A stretch of DNA of 64,000 nucleotides from NCBI GenBank assembly GCA_965285935.1, contig OZ260667.1, positions 14,260,001 to 14,324,000 on the forward strand. The letters run 5' to 3'. Each line of letters starts with the position of its first letter. The stretch's first letter is position 1. This document shows, piece after piece, positions 26,637 through 47,050 of this stretch. The notes beneath the pieces were generated by a model. That model saw nothing but the letters and a program-made list of their open reading frames with translations. It did not search any database and had not been told where the DNA came from. The DNA is from Ophelia neglecta (lineage: Eukaryota). Position numbers and translations under genes: made by a program.

Positions 26637-28486
26637 TTTTCAAATGTTAGTGCTTTTTTCCACTGATAAATAGACACGATTAGCTAAATGTCCGTCTTGA
26701 CCGTTACATGCAGTAGCCCTTTTCTTCACGGTCAAATCGGCTTGAGGCATAGTAATGTGGCCATGAAACAAGCAAACTAAAACCGAATTTTTTGTGCAAA
26801 CACTGGACCGACACGCTTGGTGTAAATAGGTTTAGGCTGATCATTCATCATTTCAGCAGGGACTATGGATCGCTGGTAGAAACCCATGGACGGTTGATCC
26901 GTCGCTTTGCGGCCTCCATGGCTTTGACTGTAGTAGTAGCCGGCAACATTTATTTTGTGTGCCTGATGTTGCAAAACTTTAAATGTAAGTTGTGACATGT
27001 TATATAGTGCATATACCTGAAAGTGGCTCGTGATTACACTTTTATCTTTTTTTACATCAGAAGGTTTCCCGCAGAACACCATTTTGGTGGATCCATCACT
27101 CTTGTAAATTTCTCTGAATCCCCGGGGTTCCTACATTGGACTGTTCACTCTGTTTCCTGAATGTTGGCATGAAGTCTGTTGTCCCAATCGCGCCTTAATA
27201 AACCCGAAGAAAGACCAGTAATCCTCTAGACGCATGCGCTATAGAGGTCGGAAATGACGTCGGGAATATGTAGCTAGCGTGTTATTACTGCTTTGACTCA
27301 TAACATACACAAATATTAATATGTAAGCCATATTAAGTCTAGGTTTGAGAGGCACAGCTAACTCCGTTGGTCTTTTGATCAGTGTATAATTACTCATGAG
27401 GTGTAAGGTATTCCCTAGCGGGAATCCCCAATGCTTTCATCGGGTTTGCAAATATTTGTCTAAACAACGACCTGTTCTGAGCAATATCTGTCATAATTGT
27501 ACTTTCAAGACACCCAACGGGAAGCATGAGGGGAAGGGGGGGGGGGGGGAGAGATTATTTTCAAACAAACATCTTTGTCTTCAAATTTCATCGTCTACTT
27601 GCAATATTAGTGATGAATTAGTCGCGACAACTTTGTCGGTGACAAAATCGAAGTTTTCCTTGCTAAATTTGGCCCAAGCTTCAACGACTTGAAATCCCGG
27701 AAGGACGAAGGACTATATGTCCAGGCCCCGAATGCCTATATAGAAGACGTTGAGAAACCATCTTTTTCTCCCCTAATGTGACCAACACACACTAATGGCA
27801 CGACCCTTATTCATTTCATATACAATAACTATTATAATAGAAAGTTTGACATTTGAAATAAGGCCTACAAGATTTTAATCGTGAAACCTTTGGCTTGCCG
27901 TTATTTTATTTCATGAAAAAGCGTGTACGAGCAACTTATAATCCACATAATCTCATATACCAAATTTAATATATATATTACTTCTCAATAACAAACATGT
28001 CCATTAGTCTAGAAGCTCGCTTACAGAATTTAGCCGTTATGTCCATTGATGTAAATGCAGTTGCAGCAAAAGCAGCGCTGTATTTTGTCACCGAGCCAAT
28101 GACTTGACAATGGGCTGTGGAATACCTTGATCCGAGGGATTCCCTTGACGTCATACCTAGAGCGTGGCACTTGACGACTATAGTAACATTATAAACAGAG
28201 GCGCCATATTGATCCTGGCTTAAATATTAATCAAACCTACATCGCGGGGGGAATCGCACACAGTGTAAAACGTCCAGATGGGCTCTACACACAATAGAGA
28301 TGGCGGTGCATATAGTAACGGGGGGGGGGGGGGGGGGGGGGGTCAGACATGGGAAGGGGAAGGGTGACTTGCGGGAGAAGAGGGGTAAGCGCTTCAATAG
28401 AATAGCATGCACAAGTACGAAGACGTTTTAATTATTCTTTTATTCTTTTAAAGTACACATTGTTATTTTCCCTCTAAATACATACA

Positions 28487-28663
28487 CGGTGAAACCTGTT
28501 AATTAAGATCACCCAAAGGGACTGGAAAATGCCGGTTTGATTCCGGAGGTGGTCGGTTTAGACAGGTGTTACAGTATACAGTATACAGCATGGTCCTTAT
28601 TTTAGTGGCCTGAATTGACAGGTGGTCTGATTATAGAGGTGGTCTTTAAGGCAGGTTCTATTG
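28487..28663. mobile_element. MITE family A copy upstream of ABCC4
   Basis: cggtgaaacctg...gcaggttctattg, the reverse orientation of 29783-29960. Confidence 0.8.
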
Positions 28664-29100
28664 AACTAATCATATATCACATGTTTATGTTGCTTAAATA
28701 CACGTTTATGTCACTGCACCATTTTCCCCACTCCATTTATTAAAATAAAACTAAATGGCATGCCCCTGGACAGTGGTGCAAGCGAGACCAATGTCTATTT
28801 ATTTTTGTTCATGCCGGTTTTGAATCATAGCTATTAAGAATGCGGTCGATCCAGTGGGATATTCCACAGGAAATTTCTGCCACCCCGAAGAGAACGGTGA
28901 AATAATCAATGAAGAGTGTTTCGTCTTGCCAGACGACCATGCGATATTGACATAATACCATACGGCTTGATATAACATATATGTGCATTTATTGTTGATT
29001 TTCAGCCAAACAGAATCATAGTAAAAATACCCACACTATAATTAAGCTTTACATTTATGACTGGTAAGCAGATTTGTTCCGTAGCGGCATCCAAGGCCTA

Positions 29101-29135
29101 TATATAAAGGAGCTCGAAGTGTTACACCTCATTCT
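29101..29135 (+). promoter_or_regulatory. TATA box + initiator of the ABCC4-like gene
   Basis: TATATAAAGG at 29101-29110 and TCATTCT at 29129-29135, about 90 nt upstream of the ATG at 29220. Confidence 0.65.
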
Positions 29136-29219
29136 CTATACGGTAACCAGCTGAGAGGGATAAACGGTGTGCTATTGAACCTAACTAAACTAGAGGAGGC
29201 AAGAAAAACCAAAAGCTTG

Positions 29220-38362
<9,143 letters not shown>

Positions 38363-39331
38363 TTGTTTATTTAGAGTTCACATTTTAGTTTATAAATTTT
38401 GATCTAAGTATTGTTTTCTCTTCAATATAACAGATATAGGAAAAATGTTTACAATATTAAACACTAAGTTTATAATGCATTTATATCAATATTGCTGTGT
38501 TCACTTGAAAAAGTAAACTTGATAATAAGTGTCATGCAGGTGTTCATTTAATCGCCCATGTCATTATAGTAAATACTTGCATTTCCAGCACAAGAGCTTG
38601 CCTATAAAATATATATTAATAAACTAATGTTATTGCAATTGTATGTTAAATGCATTTTGTCTAATAAAATGTCTTAAGATTTATGTTGTCGTTCATTCGA
38701 TACTGACCTAAGTTTAATTCAAGCAGATTTTTTATTAGATTGTCAATAAATAAAAAGGCTCATTCCGGAAGAGACTATTAATTAAAGTGCACAAAGCGTC
38801 TGTTACATTCATGATCGAAATGGTCATTTCGATTGCTTATGGTTGTCTCGGGGGGGGGGGGGGGGGGGATTCACGATATCAAAATGTCTTCTTCAGAAAA
38901 AATTACAAATACTAACAAACTTCAAGCGACACAATAATAAAAAAAGCTTGTCTCCCAGGTTGAGGCCCTGATATTATGTATCCATCCCCACCCCCGCCAA
39001 AAAGGCTGGTTTGACGAGGGGCGAGAACATTTTGGCTGTCAACATTTTATAAGCCCCCCCCCCCCCTTTCTCCCCCCCCCCCTCACCCGTCTCAACCCCC
39101 ACCTCTATTCTCGATTCCTAATGGTGTATCCCTTAATAATATACAAAAATAAAGAGAGATAAATTTACTACCAATGACATGCTATCACAGCAGTCAGCGA
39201 TGACACCTGATCCAGGTAGCTGATTACTCCTCTCAGAGAACAATGTGTCTGGCTTATAATAGTGCTGAGGGTATTCCCATCTCTATGAGTCACCGAGGCG
39301 TCAATCAAAGACTAACAGATCGAGTGGTGAT

Positions 39332-39475
39332 GCAGTTCTGGTGATTCCCGAGACTATTCCCCGGCCAGCGTGGCCTGTGACAACAGTCCCTGGCTATGAT
39401 TCAGTTCTGGTGATACCTGAGACGACACGCTGTCCACGGCCAACGTGGCCTGTGACAACAGTCCCTAGCTATGGT
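39332..39475. repeat. Tandem duplication, 2 x ~70 bp
   Basis: cagttctggtgat(t/a)cc(c/t)gagac...ccggcca(g/a)cgtggcctgtgacaacagtccct(g/a)gctatg occurs twice. Confidence 0.8.
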
Positions 39476-40147
39476 GTTTACCTACAAACTAGCACTTCAA
39501 TACGTTTATATCAAATTATTACTCACATGATGGAAGTTGGCACCTTTCGTCTTGCGGTAGTCTGTTGGTCAAAACCCCGGAATTCGGACAATACCTAACT
39601 TCGCGCACCTATACCAATTCATTTAGCCTGCACTGCACTGTCCTCATTACATGTATGTTGAAACACTCATAACTTTGAACACTGCTAGATCATGTCGAAT
39701 GCCCACGTGATAATGTACGGCCCACGAGGTCAAGTTAGTCAGCAACCACTTGCATCAGTTTTTTTTGACCCCTGTATTATAATCATTGTCTACTTAAATT
39801 GACTATTTTCATTATTGACATTCAGTAGCAACCATGAAAAGTTTCAAAGATGAGATAAAAACATAAAAGGGAGCTAGAAACAAGCACCGATATTTAAAAT
39901 CAAAAGATAATGTATAATTGCAGAAAATAATCTTATTTTTCAATATTCCGATTAATTTATCCATACTTGTTGAATGTTGTTTGCGAGCTTTTTATTGTTA
40001 TTTATTTTCGGCTATAATATCCTTGTAGAGAATGGGAAAAAACCCCGAAATGTACGAATGCTTTCACCATATACCGGTGACACGGAGACAGGCCCGCCGC
40101 TGCTGCCCTCTAGCGAATACAGTAGACAGCAGTCTGCCCGAAACCTG

Positions 40148-40703
40148 TAGTGAAACCTGCCTCAAAGATCACCTCTATATTCAGGCCCGCCCCACCCCCC
40201 CCCCCGGGGGGGAGGGGGCACTTACTCTATGTAGGTATACGGGTATGTGCCGCCCAAATGTCCCTTTTTTCCCTACATTTTTTCTCTAAATGACCCCTTT
40301 TTTCAACGTTTTCTCTCTGGATGACCGCTTGAAAGTAGTTTTTTCTCCCAAAATGAACCTTATTTCTCATAAAAGTCATTTTTTAACACAACATGTATTG
40401 AGTTCATTATTTAACCCGGTTATTAGGAGACTTTTAATGAATTATCTCAAATTTCTCTCTCGATGACCCCTTTAAGTTAAATTATACTCTCTTGTTGACC
40501 ATGACCCCTAGACCTCGGGCTACACATCCCTACCCAACTTGGTAGCCAAGTGCCACCCCCCCCCCGGGATTCAGGCACCTCTATATTCTGACCACTAGTA
40601 TATAGCCTTGTGTAATAACCTGTTTAAATAGACCACCTAATGTTTTCCAGCATATACCTATATTTTCCAGCACATTGGTGGTGTTAATTCACAGGTTTAA
40701 CTT
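40148..40703. mobile_element. MITE family A copy split by a nested insertion
   Basis: The left part tagtgaaacctgcctcaaagatcacctctat... resumes after 40576 and ends ...ttcacaggtttaact. Confidence 0.75.
40187..40568. mobile_element. Nested non-autonomous DNA element with CCCGGG(G)n..GGCACTT termini
   Basis: cccgggggggagggggcactt ... aagtgccacccccccccc-ggg. Duplicated target ATTCAGGC at 40179-40186 and 40569-40576. Internal ATGACCCC repeats. Confidence 0.8.
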
Positions 40704-41627
40704 TATTTGGCATTACTGCATATCATTTTAAAGAACATCTTTGATTTTCTTAGAATAGAAAGCCAAAAACAGTAAAATTAACAATTGTTGAAAAGTTTGT
40801 GTTTTACATTATCGGATAACACCACGCAAGGTCAGATTTAATCGACGGGTTTCGCAAATCTTCTCTATTGATTTATCGTAGATTATAGGAAAAAAAGTTA
40901 CAAATCGGCCATAGCAGATTTGCATACAAACCATACCAAAAACATTTATGAAATGCACCACACATTGATATGTTTTTCAGTGACTAATTGAACAAGACTA
41001 AATAACAAGGCAGAAGTATGACAATGGCTCCCGCTACATATAGTTAACTCTTGGTTACATTTAAAGACACCGTCCGAAGCACCATTCGTACACCAGGGGA
41101 CTGTACCTTTTTCATGTTTTTAAAAGCTTCGGTCTTTGTGATAAGTTCACCTGACAGGGCAAGGCAGCCTTACTTTGGGTCGCGCGTTTCAAAATCTGAA
41201 TGTTTTAAGTACCTACTTCGTACATTAATGGTGAATGAGATGCCATTTTATCTTCGCCTTGTTATAATACTCTTGTAGATCGTCATATAAAACATATGTT
41301 TGCACATATCTCACGTATTAACTTGTTAATACATAGACCAGTTAGGTTTTGCTTATAGCAAGTTATTATGCATTATTATATTAACTTTTGACTTCATAGT
41401 TTAACTATAAACTGAATGACAGTGACTGGTGAAAATAGCATCGGTACACTATTGCTCGCCACCAAGCGATATATGTTTTTTCATATCTGATTAATTTTCA
41501 TAGTTAAAGTTTTGACGTATAAGTACTTGTCGTGTATTTGTGTGTAAACTTTACACGTACGGTACACTGAACTTTAAACACACCAGTTTCAAAGAAAAAT
41601 CGTAAATACGGTGTAAGATATCATAGA

Positions 41628-41827
41628 CAATGGCGGATCCAGGATTTCAGGAAGGGGGGGGGGGGATTTCCAAAGTTGACAAGGCCAATGTCTGGATTGT
41701 CCCTGGCACCAACCCTCTGAAACCACCTTGCGCAGGTCCGAAAATAGGCGCCGGTCCGGGCCCACTTTTGGCAAAAAGGGGGGAGGCGGCTGGGTCTCCT
41801 GCCCCCCACCCCCCTAAATCCGCCACT
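41628..41827. mobile_element. GGCGGATCC/GGATCCGCC-type MITE (family B)
   Basis: caatggcggatccagg...cctaaatccgccact with partial target duplication tcataga. Related ends occur near 5929, 47823 and 56563-57090. Confidence 0.7.
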
Positions 41828-42942
41828 CATAGATAAATTGTTAACAATTGAGAATGACATGCCCTTGTGACGGTTTAGGAATCGGTAATCATCTCTATAT
41901 TTTTAACACTTAAGCGCATCTGTTTTGTCCTAATGGTAGAGTACCCCTTCAAAGAGACAACAAGCTAAGAACGACCTGCGAAAAACTGTAATGTAGCCAT
42001 ATCATTGACCTTAGCTCTTGTACCCTCCCCGGCTATGTATATTGTGTTATTTTAGATGATACCAGATTTTTATTTGATAACGCAGCTCTGCATGCGCTGA
42101 TCTACGGGAGTTTCAGGGGCGCTTTGCAACTATTTCGGAGAGGTCAGGAGCCCCCCCCCCCCTCTCCCCTCCCCCGGCCCCACCACCACCACCCACCGCA
42201 ACTTTATTAATAAAAGGCATATATACCCTGGAAGGCTCCAAACACCCCCAAAATAAGCGTATTACATGTCTCCAATCAATTAATCAATAGATTGTCATTC
42301 TTAATTATACTGCAGCCATTCCAATTTCTTCCGTAATCAATCGAAAATGCTTGCTTAAAAATAAATTCTGGCGAATGAATAATAAACGGTCACAACCACT
42401 CACTTCAGAGGCGAGATAAATTTCAGGAAATACAAACAATCCATGTACACTTGGGTTTATTAATTAGTTAAAACACTATTTGTATCACAATTTGAGTCGA
42501 CATATAAATGCACCACACTGAGCTCACGAGAGTGGTGCACACGGCCCAAAGGTTTGATCATTAGGCCCATCGTCTCAGATGATTAAGATTATCAACTCGG
42601 CACTCTGTTGCGAAGATAACTTTAGACACTAAAAAAAATCCCATCCTCCCCACATTCATTGTAACCATACAACGAATTTTAAACCACTTATAATAATGTT
42701 TCAACCACATGTTGGGATAATATCAGTTCAGTGACAGACATGAATGCCGTTTTGCGCCCGAAGCACTGTTTTGTTGACTTGACACTACCATACGCAATCT
42801 AGTACAAAGAATACTAAGTATTTCATTCCGTGAGAGATTCATAACATTAAAGTTGACTCTTCTCCAGACAGACGAATCACATTGTAAACACTCTACATAC
42901 ACACTTTGAAAGGTGTTCTTCAAGTATAATCAAGCTAGAGTT

Positions 42943-45900
42943 TTAATAGATATTCCGATTTGACAGCAGCTGGAAAGATATTGTCATGATGAATGACATA
43001 ATAAATGTGCTCCTCCAACCTGAAAGAAGGCAGAAAGTATAGCACATTAAACAACAGAAGGTATGAACAAAACAAATGCCAAAACCTGCAGGGTGGAGAC
43101 GCAAAAATTAAATAGGCGCGTTGACGCATGCATTTTATATTATATTTCAATCGAAAAGAAATCATTGACAAATGGTTAACATAAAAGATTGTTCTTTCAT
43201 ACCTTAACGAGGGCACTTACATGTTTTTTAACAATATTTCTTATTAAATGTTTTGTAATGAACGTGATGTTTGTAAAACATACAACCAAGCCATGCAGGC
43301 GTGGTACAAGGGTTCCGGGGAGATTTTAAATTTAATTTAAATAGTATTACATGCAATTCCATTCAATATTCGCCTGTCACTTTAGTGAAAATCAGTTTGG
43401 AAAACAAAATTATGATTTGAAAATAAATTTTAAAGTTAGTGTAAAAGTATTGCTCAGATAAACATTTAAATGAAAAAAGGAGCAGATGTCAAAGGCTTAT
43501 TTGCCCTAAAATAACATAAGATAATCACATGACCATGCATAAAGTAGGGAAATAGCTAATAACAAATATCATAAGAGACACTATAAACATGCTTACACAC
43601 ACACACCCACATACACATACCTATACGTATATATATATACATTTATAAAAAAAAATTGAGCCACAAATTCAGTGGGAACATATGAAAAAAAAAGGTTTAC
43701 ATATAAAGTGTGGCGCAAAAAAAAACTTTTTTGAGCCAAATACTAACTTAATATAAAATATATAAATTCGGAAAAAATGGAAAGGAAAATAAGGGAAGGA
43801 AATATGTGCATCGACATTCGGTCGATGCGGGGCTGGCAGCCTAAGACGACAGAAAACATAATCGCGCCTGAACCCAGCGCGACCGGACCCGCCCCAACCG
43901 CACTCGAGCACAAAATTATGCAAAAAGTTAATGTACCTCGGCAAAACATACAAGCAAAAGTCTTATATGAGGTCCTGCTTATTAAAAGGGTTAATCAGTC
44001 TATTTTACCTAAGCCTCTCCAAAACTGTTTAAATGGAGGTTAACCTATTTTGCTAGATATAGCCGTTTCTAAATGTAATTAAGAAACACGTACTAACAAA
44101 CAAAAGGGAAATATACTCAGTCTACCTGTATATACTGTGGAGGCTGTTGAGATCCCCTGACCTCCTTCGCCAATACCATTCACGTTATTGCCTTGGTTGC
44201 CTCCGTTGCTGCCTCCTCGGATACGGGTCAATGTCTCTTTGTAGTGCAAAGTAAAGCCCGGCCTGTCGTTAATCCCGTCCGTTTTGAGATAGAGGACAAA
44301 GTGGCCTTGGTTAATCTCTAAACTGGGGGGTAAAGTGGTGCCACACAGCGGCTGAGTGATCGGCTGGGTCATAGCGTCGTCTAAGAACACCTGGAGGTAG
44401 TCTACGCACACACCATTGATGGTTCGCTCCATCTCGAACTGGAGGAAGGAGAGACGGACACTGGAGGTGAACTCGTCCATGTGATAGTATCCTGGCAGTA
44501 TAAATAAATAGAAATGAACTGGAGGAAGGAGAGACGGACACTGGATGTGAACTCGTCCATGTGATAGTATCCTGGCAGTATAAATAAATAGAAATGAACT
44601 GGAGGAAGGAGAGACGGACACTGGATGTGAACTCGTCCATGTGATAGTATCCTGGCAGTATAAATAAATAGAAATGAACTGGAGGAAGGAGAGACGGACA
44701 CTGGATGTGAACTCGTCCATGTGATAGTATCCTGGCAGTATAAATAAATAGAATTAAACTGGAGGAAGAAGAGACGGGCACTAGAAGTGAACTCGTCCAT
44801 GTGATAGTATCCTGGCAGTATAAATAAATAGAATGAACTGGAGGAAGGAGAGACGGACACTGGATGTGAACTCGTCCATGTGATAGTATCCTGGCAGTAT
44901 AAATAAATAGAATTAAACTGGAGAAAGGAGAGACGGACACTAGAAGTGAACTCGTCCATGTGATAGTATCCTGGCAGTATAAATAAATATAATTGAACTG
45001 GAGGAAGGAGAGACGGACACTGGATGTGAACTCGTCCATGTGATAGTATCCTGGCAGTATAAATAAATAGAATTGAACTGGAGGAAGGAGAGACGGACAC
45101 TGGATGTGCACTCGTCCATGTGATAGTTTCCTGGCAGTATAAATAAATAGAATTGAACTGGAGGAAGGAGAGACGGACACTGGATGTGAACTCGTCCATG
45201 TGATAGTATCCTGGCAGTATAAATAAATAGAATTAAACTGGAGGAAGGAGAGACGGACACTAGAAGTGAACTCGTCCATGTGATAGTATCCTGGCAGTAT
45301 AAATAAATAGAAATGAACTGGAGGAAGGAGAGACGGACACTGGATGTGAACTCGTCCATGTGATAGTATCCTGGCAGTATAAATAAATAGAATTGAACTG
45401 GAGGAAGGAGAGACGGACACTGGATGTGAACTCGTCCATGTGATAGTATCCTGGCAGTATAAATAAATAGAATTGAACTGGAGGAAGGAGAGACGGACAC
45501 TGGATGTGAACTCGTCCATGTGATAGTATCCTTGCAGTATAAATAAATAGAATTGAACTGGAGGAAGGAGAGACGGACACTGGATGTGAACTCGTCCATG
45601 TGATAGTACCCAACACCGAGACAGAATCTCACAATTTGATATGCGTAATTCAGTTACCATCACTGTTATAATTTTAACGAAAACGTTTCATAACTCCAAA
45701 CCTGTAGCTTTGGAATATGAAAGTTTGGAATGATAAAGCCAGAAAAGGTTTTATGTGTTAGTTTTAGGACTATTATATCATCTATTTTAGCACCGTGTCC
45801 ATTTAACAGACATAAAAATATGTTCAATATTAAAAAAACCCTCAGGTAAATATTCTCAATGTAACACCGATAGTATTTCATATAATCATTTCACAGAGAA

Positions 45901-47050
45901 TTGTGCTTTTCGTTTGTATATATCAAATTTTGACATACGATACGTACCGTTTATGAGAGCATTGAACAGATATTACCTATATTAAGTACATATTGATTAA
46001 ACATACACGAATAACATAGTTTTTGTGTTCACATTTGCAAAGGCTTGTTTACATATTGGACAGAAAAGACTTACCGTTTCGTTTCTTTGACTTGCCGTTT
46101 TTTGGATATTTTACATATGTATAATTAATATACAGTTACAATATTTACATGTGTAGATATTAAACACGCGTACCGTTTGTATAGATATGTATATCACAGT
46201 TGTATCTTTCTCCGTATGTCGCACCGGTCTGAGATTTGATCTTGAGTTCAGGCATTCCCTTCCACCAAACATTGTGACATTTTTTAGGCCCGGGTGCATA
46301 GAAGAATTCTGGTCAGGGGAATCAAACAATTATGTTCATATTTAACATTATACCTGTAAAAAATAGTACTATACGTCCAAATGGGGGCGAAAAGGGTCCT
46401 ATTGTGCATTTCAGGCAACACCGAATTATTGGTACTCGTTGTACCCTTTAAAATGGAAAATATAGTTGGGATTCAGTTAATAAACGGGACAAACTGCCAA
46501 AAGGGTAGACAGTACTTTATTCCCATTTCCTGTTAAATATTTTCAAAATATTATTAATATTTATCTCTTTCATAACCCTTATTGAATCAGTTTTTTTTAA
46601 ATTTGTCATTATATAACGTAATGCTATGAAGCAAATGAACAATATTGAATTAAGTTAAACATGTTTGGCCAAATGAATAAAATTGTGCTTGTTCTCCGAG
46701 GTTGTTTCTCAGGGTAAGCACTGCTATTGTAACCTGACCCTTTTCGCATGCACTCACCCAGATGCTCTGATTAATACATTTTAATTGTCCGATAATTAAT
46801 CTTAGTATAAATATTATGGGTGTGAACAAGCCAATGATAACAGATACGATAGAAGTATCATACAGCTATCATATAAAGCTATCATGCAGCTATTGGAATA
46901 TTTATCAAATAACCAATCTACCCTAATATAATCAACATTGTAATATTAAACACACTCACGTGTATGGTCGGGGGCGATTTGAGGGACCACTGATTCAGCC
47001 AAAAACACGAGGAGTACCAACAATTTTTCAATGCAGCAGTAGGACGGCAT
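42943..47050 (-). CDS. Single-CUB-domain cell-surface protein with signal peptide and GPI-like C-terminal tail, 4 exons, 222 aa
   Basis: Exons 47050-46960 (MPSYCCIEKLLVLLVFLAESVVPQIAPDHT), 46308-46174 (FFYAPGPKKCHNVWWKGMPELKIKSQTGATYGERYNCDIHIYTN), 44491-44126 (GYYHMDEFTSSVRLSFLQFEMERTINGVCVDYLQVF...LCGTTLP...LKTDGINDRPGFTLHY...), 43019-42943 (GWRSTFIMSFIMTISFQLLSNRNIY*). All introns are phase 1 and GT-AG; 669 nt total. Four CUB cysteines plus the F.xE, DYL, CG and D.....GF.L.Y motifs are present. Confidence 0.85.
44436..45608 (-). repeat. 80-bp tandem array (~14.7 units); unit = 24 nt of intron end with AG acceptor + first 56 nt of CUB exon 3
   Basis: Period 80 (one 79-nt unit). Acceptors at plus-strand 44492, 44572, 44652, 44732, 44812, 44891, 44971, 45051, 45131, 45211, 45291, 45371, 45451, 45531. 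Confidence 0.97.

Noticed and set aside
44311-45663. Long overlapping minus-strand ORFs (450, 265, 230, 118 aa)
   Set aside because: By-products of a nearly stop-free 80-bp repeat read in all three frames. Only 44126-44491 is supported as an exon.
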